DNA of 41,524 bases, taken from the NCBI GenBank assembly GCA_045602305.1, contig JAZSBJ010000040.1, positions 1-41,524 on the forward strand, written 5' to 3'. Position 1 is the first letter of the stretch. Each line of letters opens with the position of its first letter. This stretch comes from Eubacteriales bacterium (GTDB taxonomy: Bacteria > Bacillota > Clostridia > Oscillospirales > CAG-272). The position numbers were made by a program, and so were the translations under genes. The notes beneath the pieces are model-generated. The model ran no database searches. It worked only from the letters and a program-made list of their open reading frames with translations, and had not been told where the DNA came from. Below, piece by piece: positions 1-7,139 of the stretch.

Positions 1-976
1 CATCCTTATCTATAATATAAGTGTTTCCACCATTTACAGCGTCGTCTTGTTGCCAAATTATAGTATCGTTCACATCGCCAGTTGGTGGAGAGTATGTTTT
101 ACCTTGTAATGAAGTGTAATAGTTGTTTGCAAAGATGTTAGATCCCAAATTATCGCTTGAAGTTTCGCCTTCAAGTTTACCCATACAAACAGGCAAGCCG
201 ATGGAAGGCGAATAGCCGTCGATTTTTGCCGAAAGGTTGAGCTGAACGATGTCGTTCTTGCCGATGGTCTTGTAGGTGGAACGGCTGATGGCGTGGCGGG
301 TAGAAGCCTCGCTGAATACGTACATAGGAAGACCCTCGTACTCTGCGCCCTCCTCATAGATCACGCGCTGTGCAACGCCGACCATCTGAAGCTCGGTAAC
401 GCCGGGGCGGAGCTCCTTGATCACGGCATCGGTTGCCTTCTCGATGATGCGGAAGCCTTCCTTCAGGCAAGCGATCTCGTTCTCGGACTTGATCTTGCGG
501 AGTGCGACCATAATCTCGGGGCAGAAAACGATCTCTGCTTCGGGATATGCGTTCTTAAGGCCCTCGTAAACGGGCAGGGTGCACTCAACGTAGCTACCGA
601 TACCGATGCGGATCTTCTTGCCGGTAACACCGATTGCCTTGAAGGCATCGTTGAAGGTGTCGGGCTTCAGCTCAGGGTATGCGGGGTCAGCGGACTCGCG
701 GTATTCAAGAAGGACAAAGAGCTTATCCATCTTACCGTAGTCCTTTGCGAAGATCGCGGACTCGGGGCCAACCAGCTGGCACGCATCGCCATTTGCGGAG
801 ATGGCAACGCCTGCGCGCTCAAATACGGGCCAGAAGCCGGAGAAGTATCTTGCGTTTGCATAGTCGCTCTCGGTGGAGCAAACGATCATAACGTCAAGGT
901 TCTTTTCGCGGAGGAGAGCAGCGGCGCGCTGTACTCTCTCTTGGTACTCGGATGCGGGAATGCAAATTCTGCTCAT
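1..976 (-). CDS. M24-family metallopeptidase (Xaa-Pro aminopeptidase/creatinase-like), 5' portion; the ORF runs off the left edge and its distal ~60 codons are AT-rich and unrelated
   Basis: ATG at 976 follows AAGGAG (ttaacaaaggagatttgttATG). My translation reads MSRICIPASEYQERVQRAAALLREKNLDVMIVCST..., i.e. a creatinase/prolidase N-domain followed by the start of the pita-bread domain (IKSENEIACLKEGFRIIEKATDAV...IDGYSPSIGLPVCMGK). The frame stays open to base 1. It is absent from the ORF track because there is no stop in the window. Confidence 0.7.
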   Translation of the reverse strand, partial: MSRICIPASEYQERVQRAAALLREKNLDVMIVCSTESDYANARYFSGFWPVFERAGVAISANGDACQLVGPESAIFAKDYGKMDKLFVLLEYRESADPAYPELKPDTFNDAFKAIGVTGKKIRIGIGSYVECTLPVYEGLKNAYPEAEIVFCPEIMVALRKIKSENEIACLKEGFRIIEKATDAVIKELRPGVTELQMVGVAQRVIYEEGAEYEGLPMYVFSEASTRHAISRSTYKTIGKNDIVQLNLSAKIDGYSPSIGLPVCMGKLEGETSSDNLGSNIFANNYYTSLQGKTYSPPTGDVNDTIIWQQDDAVNGGNTYIIDKD

Positions 977-1087
977 AACAAATCTCCTTTGTTAAATATT
1001 TTATTACCATATTCTATTATACAAGCCTTTTTGTTTTTTGTATTTGCATAATCGTCAATTTTTTTTGCACTTTCGTAAAAAAATTTA

Positions 1088-1116
1088 TTGACAGAGAGGG
1101 CGGACGGGTGTATAAT
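1088..1116 (+). promoter_or_regulatory. Sigma-A type promoter, exact TTGACA-N17-TATAAT
   Basis: TTGACA at 1088-1093, a 17-nt spacer, and TATAAT at 1111-1116. The ATG at 1123 lies 7 nt after the -10 element. Confidence 0.7.
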
Positions 1117-1122
1117 AGAGCT

Positions 1123-1995
1123 ATGGAATACGTAACGAAAAAGCTAAACGACACATTATCCGTGACGGGGATCGTCAATCTGCATTTTTTTACCTTTGGC
1201 AACGACTTTACAACGGTGGGAGAAGGGCATCCGTTTTACGAGCTGATCTACGTCAACACGGGCAAGCTCCGCATTTCCTCCGAGGGATATACGGGTGTGC
1301 TTGAAAAAAATCAGATGATCATTCACCGCCCGAACGAGGAGCACGCCCTCGGCTGTATTGAGGGGACGGAGCCGTCCGTCATCATCATTGGGTTTGAATG
1401 TACGTCGTCCCTCATAGACACGCTTTGTGCGTCCCCCTTGCATTTGGGGGATGCCGCCATCAAGCGGCTTGCCGAGATCGTCAAGGAAGGGCGAAACGTT
1501 TTCAAGCCCCCCTACGACACCCCCGTTTACGATATGAAGAAAAAGAAGCACCAGCCCTTCGGTGCGGAGCAGATGCTGCGCCTTTCGATGGAGAGCTTTC
1601 TTTTGCTTCTCCTTCGCGAATACCGCACGGCGGAGGGGGCGGAGGAGATCAAGGAAACGCCCGCCGCCATTCACGAGGTGGTGGCGTACGTGGATGCGAA
1701 CTACCTTGAAAGAATGACCATCGACGAGCTTGCCTTTCTCTTTAAGACCAACCGCGCGACCCTCTGCCGTGAGTTTAAGAGAGAAACGGGCAAAACGCTC
1801 GTCGCCTTCGTCAACGGCAAGAAGATCGAGAAGGCAAAGGAAAAGATCCTTTCGAGCGAAAAGACCTTTACCCAAATTGCCGAGGAAATGAATTTTGAGA
1901 GCATCCACTATTTTACGCGATTTTTTAAGAAGATGACGGGGGAGAGCCCCAAGGATTTCCGCCAAAGATACAAGGCGACACAAACAAAGGAGTAA
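1123..1995 (+). CDS. AraC-family transcriptional regulator (cupin sensor domain plus HTH_18)
   Basis: The C-terminus has the AraC signature: MTIDELAFLFKTNRATLCREFKRETGKTL...IAEEMNFESIHYFTRFFKKMTGESPKDFR. I chose the ATG at 1123 (MEYVTKK) rather than the GTG at 1108, because 1108-1116 overlaps the -10 box. Confidence 0.85.
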   Translation: MEYVTKKLNDTLSVTGIVNLHFFTFGNDFTTVGEGHPFYELIYVNTGKLRISSEGYTGVLEKNQMIIHRPNEEHALGCIEGTEPSVIIIGFECTSSLIDTLCASPLHLGDAAIKRLAEIVKEGRNVFKPPYDTPVYDMKKKKHQPFGAEQMLRLSMESFLLLLLREYRTAEGAEEIKETPAAIHEVVAYVDANYLERMTIDELAFLFKTNRATLCREFKRETGKTLVAFVNGKKIEKAKEKILSSEKTFTQIAEEMNFESIHYFTRFFKKMTGESPKDFRQRYKATQTKE

Positions 1996-1999
1996 CGCT

Positions 2000-3916
2000 A
2001 TGCTAAAGCCTATGACACGCGTTGTGCATTTTGATTTTCACACGATGCCAAAGATCGACGATTTCGGCGAGCGCTTCGATGCAGAGGCATTTGCCGAGCG
2101 CCTGAAAGACGCGCACGTTTCGTATATCAATATGTTTGCCAGATGCAATATCGGCTTTTCCTACTACAACACCAAGGTGGGCTTTCCCTATGCGGGAATG
2201 AAGGGGGATATGCTTGCAGACACGGTGCGCGAGTGCCACGCGCGCGGCATCGGTGTCATCGGGTATATTCACGTGGGGCTCCACCACGAGCTGCTCCGCC
2301 TGCGCCCCGAGTGTGCGCGCGTGGAGAAAGACGGCACGGTGTATAACTTTGACCTCGGTCCCAACTGGTTCCGCCAGCCCTGCTTCTTTGGACCGTACGC
2401 CGAGCATCTTTTGGAAGAGGTCAAGGAAGTGCTTGCGCTTGGTGTGGACGGACTGTTCCTTGACGGGGCGGCACCCCACGACTGCACCTGCCCCTATTGC
2501 TACGCGGCAATGAAGGACGAGGGGCTTGACACCGAGAGCGATGCGGATATTCACGCCTTTGCCGAGCGCGCCATCTACGCGCTCGCCGCGCGCATCCGCG
2601 CCATCGTTCCTGCGGACAAGTATCTTTATTTCAAGGGGCTTCCGCTTGAGAAAACGACCCATCTCAACACCCACGGAGAGATTGCCTGCCTTGCGTCCAA
2701 TATGGGCTACGATCTCTTTCCCGCACAGGCGGCAAAGGCGCGCCCCCTCTATCGCGGCAGGCTCTATATGAACGGGCGCTTTGGCTACGATTGGGGCGAT
2801 TTTGGGGGCTACAAGGGGCGTGCATCGGTCGAAAACGACTTTTTCGAGGCGCTGATGAACGGCTTCTCGACCACCCTCGGCGACCATTTGCACCCTGCGG
2901 AGATCTGCGAGGGTGCGATCTATGAGGACATCGCGAAAATCTACGGCGAGATGGAGAAGATCGAGCCAAAGACGGCGGGTGCCGACTACCTTGCCGAGAT
3001 CGCCGTGCTTTCCGCAGACGGCGAGGCGGGTCCTTCGCACGAGGGATGCGCGCGTATCCTTTCGGAGTTAAAATACACCTACAACATTCTTTCGACGGAC
3101 GCCGACTTTTCGGGCTATCCCCTCGTCATTCTTCCCGACGGTATTTTGGTGGACGCGGCGCTCCGCGCGCGCCTTGACGCCTACCTCGCGGCAGGGGGCA
3201 GGGTGCTTTCGTCGGGTGTGTCGGGCTTGACACCCGCGAAGGATGGCTTCGCGCATCCCGCTTGGGAATTTACCGACGCGGGCGACGACCCCATCGAGGT
3301 GTCCTATTACAAGATGGAAAGCACCCCCCCAGAGCTTGCCGATATGCGCTATGAGGCGTACGAAAGGAGCCGCCTTGTCACGCCCAAGACGGGAGCACGG
3401 GTGCTTGCGTCGCACATCACGACCTACTTTAACCGCGAATACGACGGGGAGCATTTCTACTTCTACACGCCCCCAAAAAACGAAACGGGGTATGCGGCGG
3501 CACTCTTGAACCAAAAGGGAAGCGTTGGGCATATCGCTTTCCCCATCTTCCGCGCCTTCCGTAAGACCTTCTCCCGCGCGCACCGCGCGCTTGTGGGCGA
3601 GATGCTCTCGCTCCTTTTGCCGAAGAAGCTTATTCGCGCCGAGGGCTTGCCCCTCACGTCGCGCGCGACACTTCTTTCGGGCGACGGGTATCGACTTCTC
3701 TGCATCAAGGTCACCTATCCCGAAAACAGAGGCGAGGGGGGAAGCGTTGAGGAGCATACCACGCTCCCTGCGGGCAGAGCGATCGCCGTTCTCGGCGAAT
3801 ATAAAAAGGCGACCGTGCTATACACGGGGGAAGCGCTTCCCGTCGCCCTTTGCGACGGGTACACAAGGATAACGCTCCCCGAAATCGTGGGCTACGCCAT
3901 AGTTTGCCTTGAATAA
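2000..3916 (+). CDS. Putative glycoside hydrolase, GHL6-like TIM barrel plus GH42M-like (beta-galactosidase trimerisation-type) domain
   Basis: 638 aa. The N-terminus reads VVHFDFHTMPKIDDFG...YINMFARCNIGFSYYNTKVG...CHARGIGVIGYIHVG. There is a Cys cluster, HDCTCPYC. The middle domain reads AEIAVLSADG...YPLVILPDGILVD...LAAGGRVLSSG. The AAGGAG RBS lies inside the end of the araC-type gene. Confidence 0.6.
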   Translation: MLKPMTRVVHFDFHTMPKIDDFGERFDAEAFAERLKDAHVSYINMFARCNIGFSYYNTKVGFPYAGMKGDMLADTVRECHARGIGVIGYIHVGLHHELLRLRPECARVEKDGTVYNFDLGPNWFRQPCFFGPYAEHLLEEVKEVLALGVDGLFLDGAAPHDCTCPYCYAAMKDEGLDTESDADIHAFAERAIYALAARIRAIVPADKYLYFKGLPLEKTTHLNTHGEIACLASNMGYDLFPAQAAKARPLYRGRLYMNGRFGYDWGDFGGYKGRASVENDFFEALMNGFSTTLGDHLHPAEICEGAIYEDIAKIYGEMEKIEPKTAGADYLAEIAVLSADGEAGPSHEGCARILSELKYTYNILSTDADFSGYPLVILPDGILVDAALRARLDAYLAAGGRVLSSGVSGLTPAKDGFAHPAWEFTDAGDDPIEVSYYKMESTPPELADMRYEAYERSRLVTPKTGARVLASHITTYFNREYDGEHFYFYTPPKNETGYAAALLNQKGSVGHIAFPIFRAFRKTFSRAHRALVGEMLSLLLPKKLIRAEGLPLTSRATLLSGDGYRLLCIKVTYPENRGEGGSVEEHTTLPAGRAIAVLGEYKKATVLYTGEALPVALCDGYTRITLPEIVGYAIVCLE

Positions 3917-3933
3917 GCAAATATTTATTTACA

Positions 3934-3968
3934 AAAAGAGCTTTTCTCGTGAGAGAAAAGCTCTTTTC
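3934..3968. terminator. Bidirectional intrinsic terminator between convergent genes
   Basis: The stem is GAGCTTTTCTC (3938-3948) paired with GAGAAAAGCTC (3953-3963), with loop GTGA. It is flanked by an A-run on the left and a T-run on the right. Confidence 0.8.
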
Positions 3969-3969
3969 C

Positions 3970-4506
3970 TTATGCGGTGGCGTTGAGGCGGCACAGAAGC
4001 CTTGTAAGGGGAAAGATGAAAAAACCAAAGACAAAATTCCCCAAAGCGTGAATAAGGTCAAAGGAAAACCCTGCGACGATCCACGCGAGCATCCCCGCAA
4101 AATCAAGCCCAAACATCAACGCCTGCACGGGGGCATAGAGGGTGCCGAAGGCAAGCCCGTGCAAGACGGTCACCGCGTGTACGAGGACCAAGCGCAGGGG
4201 CAAGGGCAGGCGTTTGGGGATGAGCATTACAGCCCCCCAAAGCAGTGTCCAAATGTAAAGATAGGGAAGCCACCAAAGCCCAAAGCCGCTGAAAAGTCCG
4301 ATAAGGACGGCGTAGACGTAAATGGGAAAGAGGGCTTTTACGCCGTAGGTGAGGGTGAAGGCGGCAATCAAAAGACCGAGAAGATGGATGTTTGGTAGCG
4401 CTTCCATCAAAAGGTCGGATACGGTCATCAGTGCGCCGAGCATCGAAAAGATGACGAGCTCGCGCACCGAAAGTCCTTTACGATGCGCGCGTGTAGACGA
4501 ACTCAT
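3970..4506 (-). CDS. Small polytopic membrane protein, ECF-transporter S-component-like (putative vitamin/corrinoid uptake)
   Basis: About 178 aa with 5-6 hydrophobic helices (LVIFSMLGALMTVSDLLMEALPNIHLLGLLIAAFTLTYG...). I took the start at the ATG at 4506 (MSSSTRAHRKGLSV). It overlaps the end of the upstream DUF4430 gene, which suggests translational coupling. Confidence 0.55.
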   Translation of the reverse strand: MSSSTRAHRKGLSVRELVIFSMLGALMTVSDLLMEALPNIHLLGLLIAAFTLTYGVKALFPIYVYAVLIGLFSGFGLWWLPYLYIWTLLWGAVMLIPKRLPLPLRLVLVHAVTVLHGLAFGTLYAPVQALMFGLDFAGMLAWIVAGFSFDLIHALGNFVFGFFIFPLTRLLCRLNATA

Positions 4507-4966
4507 ATGCGCCGTCGCCTGTGATGGGGGTGGTATCAATGCCCGTCATCATATATTCACCGTTCTGATAGAACGCCCAATATGCGCCGTCGAGTGTCCA
4601 ATCGGCACGCACACCGTTGAGGTGGGACATCATATACCCGGCAGATTGCTGCTCACCGTCGATCAGGTTGTGCTCGGCGAGTGCGTCCTTGACGGTTGCG
4701 GCGTTCGTTTTGATGGTGAAGACGATGCTCTTGTTTTCCATCTCCATAGTGACGGTGAGGGTGTAGTCGCCTTCGCCGAAGCTCTTGCTTTCCTTGTAGG
4801 TTGCACTGTCCCAAAGGGAGGGGGTGGCTTCTCCGCCGTTGCCGCCGTCATTGGAGGCACCGCCGTCGTTCGTGCCGCCCGCGGGGGTGTCGTTGCACGC
4901 CGCAAGGCAGAAGACGATCATAAGAAGTGCGAGTGCGAGGGAAAGAATGCGAATCGTTGCTTTCAT
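4478..4966 (-). CDS. DUF4430-domain lipoprotein (transcobalamin-like fold family)
   Basis: It has a signal peptide and lipobox (MKATIRILSLALALLMIVFCLAAC) followed by a low-complexity G/N/D linker. The C-terminal domain reads VKDALAEHNLIDGEQQSAGYMMSHLNGVRADWTLDGAYWAFYQNGEYMMTGID. The RBS is AAAGGAG. Confidence 0.7.
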   Translation of the reverse strand: MKATIRILSLALALLMIVFCLAACNDTPAGGTNDGGASNDGGNGGEATPSLWDSATYKESKSFGEGDYTLTVTMEMENKSIVFTIKTNAATVKDALAEHNLIDGEQQSAGYMMSHLNGVRADWTLDGAYWAFYQNGEYMMTGIDTTPITGDGAYEFVYTRAS

Positions 4967-4999
4967 TGTAAAAATCTCCTTTTTAATTTTTCAAAAAGG

Positions 5000-5260
5000 A
5001 CAAAAGAAAAAGCACCCCTTCCTTGGGGTGCGACGAAAAAGGGAGCCCTCTATTCTCCCTTTTCCCGCATCTCCCTCTTTTGCCCAAGGAGTCTTCTTCG
5101 GGCGCCGTGTAGCAAGCATTCCGACTGACGGGCGTGCGCCCGATCACGGCAATGGCTGTTGTCGCGGATCTTCCCCGCGTTTCCTTACCCCCGTACCCAA
5201 AAGGGCACGACAACGGAGCAAACGCTCCGTCCCACGGCGTTTTATTCTTTTTGCGACATT
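5000..5260 (-). promoter_or_regulatory. Riboswitch-like 5' leader with a terminator/antiterminator expression platform (class unresolved; cobalamin-type suspected)
   Basis: This is a ~260-nt untranslated leader. Its intrinsic terminator is GCACCCC-AAGGAA-GGGGTGC plus a U-run (5000-5031), about 30 nt before the start codon. The upstream segment TCCTTGGG (5083-5090) is complementary to CCCAAGGA within the terminator. Nested helices include ACGGAGC/GCTCCGT, CGCGG-GGAAGAT-CCGCG and GCCGTG...CACGGC. Confidence 0.55.
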
Positions 5261-5289
5261 ATTATACAATATTTTTGCCCCGCTGTCAA
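5261..5289 (-). promoter_or_regulatory. Sigma-A type promoter, exact TTGACA-N17-TATAAT
   Basis: On the minus strand, TTGACA is at 5289-5284, the spacer is 17 nt, and TATAAT is at 5266-5261. Confidence 0.7.
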
Positions 5290-5306
5290 GGACGGCGGGG
5301 CAGTTT

Positions 5307-7139
5307 TTATTTGAATTGCGAATTGTAGAGGGTGGCGTAGAAGCCGTCTTTTTTGAGAAGCTCGGTATGGGTGCCCGATTCGGTGATCTGCCCGTCGCGC
5401 AAGACGAGGATGAGGTCCGCGTTCTCAATGGTAGAGAGGCGGTGCGCGACGACGAAGCAGGTGCGCTCACGCATTAAGTCGTCCATTGCCGCCGCGATCT
5501 TTTTCTCGGTGCGGGAGTCGACGTTACTCGTCGCCTCGTCGAGGATGAGCATCGGGGCGTCCGAGAGCATCGCGCGGGCAATGGTGATGAGCTGTCTTTG
5601 CCCCTTGGAGATGCCCTCGCCGTCATCCGTGATGACGGTGTCGTAGCCGTCGGGAAGTCCCTCGATAAAGCGGTCGATGCGCGCGCGCCGCGCCGCTTCC
5701 TTGACTTCCTCGCGCGTGGCGCTCTCCTTGCCGTAGACGATGTTGTCGTACACACTTCCGTAGAAAAGCCAAGTGTCTTGAAGCACCATCGTAAAGGCGC
5801 GTCTTAGGCTCTCACGCGTGATCTTTTTTATGGGGTGTCCGTCGATGCGGATCTCGCCCGAATCTACGTCATAGAAGCGCATAAGCAGATTGATGACGGT
5901 GGTTTTGCCTGCGCCCGTCGGACCGACGATGGCGACCGTATCCCCCGCCTTGACCTTGAGGGAGAAGTTCCGCAAAACGGGCTTTTCGGGGAGATAGGAG
6001 AAGCATACGTTCTCAAACTCCACGTCCCCGCGCACGCCGTCAAGCAGGACGGCGTCCTCGGCATCCTTGGGCTCGACGGGCTCGTCCAACACGCGGAACA
6101 CGCGCTCCGCCGCCGAGAAGGCGGATTGAAACTCGTGAAGAATGTTGGCAAACTCGTTGATGGGACCCGAAAACTTGCGCGAATATTGCACGAACTGCGC
6201 CACCCCGCCGAGCGAGATGAAGAAGAGCGTGCCTGCCGCCACGGTGCCGTTTTGCGAGAACATATAAAGAATGCCGCCGAGAACGGTGATAAGGGCGATA
6301 GAGAGGTTGTTGATGAAGTTGATGGACGGACCGAGCACGCCGCCGTAGTATTCGGCACGGAAGGTGGCGTCCATCGCCTTTTCGTTGTGGCGGTTGAAAT
6401 CGCCCGCAAAGGTCTTTTCTCTGCCGTAGGTGCGAATGGTGTGCTGTCCCGAAAGCATCTCCTCGGCATAGCCGTTGAGCTGACCGAGGCGCATCGAGCG
6501 CTCCTTAAACATTGGGCGCACTTTTTTCGCACGGTAGCGCGTGAAGAATACGGCAATGGGCACGGTGATGACGAAAATGAGCATCATCGGCTTTGAGATG
6601 CGGAGCATAAAGATGGCGGAGCCGATGACGGTATAAAGGCTCGTCATCACCTGCACGAGGTCGTGCGAGAGCGTAGAGTTGATGGTATCAATGTCGTAGG
6701 ACATACGGCTGACGATATCGCCCACGGCGTTTTTATCAAAGAACGGAATGGGCAATTTCGAGAGCTTTGTAAAGAGTTCTTTACGCATCGTGCGAATGAT
6801 GCGTTGGCTGATCTTCACCATCAAGAGGGCAAGCAAATAGGAGAGAATAGCGGCGATCACGTAGCAAAGGAGCATACGGGTAACGCTTTGCCATACGGTG
6901 GGAAAGTCCACGCCCCCTTCGGCAACGATCGCGTCGATGGCGGTGCCGGAGTAGAGAGGACCCAAAAGAGAAAGCTGATTGGAGAGGAGCGTCAAAAGCA
7001 CGGCGACGAGGAAAAGACGCCACTCGTGCAAGACGTATTTGGAAAGACGCTTAAAGATGCCCTTGTAGTCCTTTTTGGTTTCGGGCTCGGGAATGCGTCC
7101 GATCCCGCGGGGAGCAAATCCTCTATTCAAAGAGCGCAC
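5307..7139 (-). CDS. ABC exporter subunit (TMD-NBD half transporter) with consensus Walker B and H-loop but a degenerate signature motif
   Basis: Walker A is GPTGAGKTT, the signature is ISKGQ (not LSGGQ), Walker B is LILDEATSNVD, and the H-loop is VVAHRLSTI. The maximal ORF reaches 7217 but would overlap the upstream gene by 95 nt. A GTG at 7139 or a TTG at 7130, both after a G-rich SD, are more likely starts. Confidence 0.85.
   Translation of the reverse strand: MRSLNRGFAPRGIGRIPEPETKKDYKGIFKRLSKYVLHEWRLFLVAVLLTLLSNQLSLLGPLYSGTAIDAIVAEGGVDFPTVWQSVTRMLLCYVIAAILSYLLALLMVKISQRIIRTMRKELFTKLSKLPIPFFDKNAVGDIVSRMSYDIDTINSTLSHDLVQVMTSLYTVIGSAIFMLRISKPMMLIFVITVPIAVFFTRYRAKKVRPMFKERSMRLGQLNGYAEEMLSGQHTIRTYGREKTFAGDFNRHNEKAMDATFRAEYYGGVLGPSINFINNLSIALITVLGGILYMFSQNGTVAAGTLFFISLGGVAQFVQYSRKFSGPINEFANILHEFQSAFSAAERVFRVLDEPVEPKDAEDAVLLDGVRGDVEFENVCFSYLPEKPVLRNFSLKVKAGDTVAIVGPTGAGKTTVINLLMRFYDVDSGEIRIDGHPIKKITRESLRRAFTMVLQDTWLFYGSVYDNIVYGKESATREEVKEAARRARIDRFIEGLPDGYDTVITDDGEGISKGQRQLITIARAMLSDAPMLILDEATSNVDSRTEKKIAAAMDDLMRERTCFVVAHRLSTIENADLILVLRDGQITESGTHTELLKKDGFYATLYNSQFK

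Noticed and set aside
293-1051. Long plus-strand ORFs opposite well-supported minus-strand genes, or the reverse. Examples are 293-1051, 2003-3040, 5835-6596, 10332-11168, 17334-18329, 30754-31551, 31664-32410 and 39355-40182.
   Set aside because: All lie antisense to, or out of frame with, genes carrying clear family motifs. Their compositions (Arg/Gly/Val/Asp-rich) fit the reverse-frame artefact of GC3-rich coding sequence.
3949-4398. A 149-aa Lys/Gly-rich plus-strand ORF.
   Set aside because: It is antisense to the hydrophobic ECF-S-like gene and begins inside the bidirectional terminator. Its composition mirrors the reverse complement of Phe/Leu/Pro codons.
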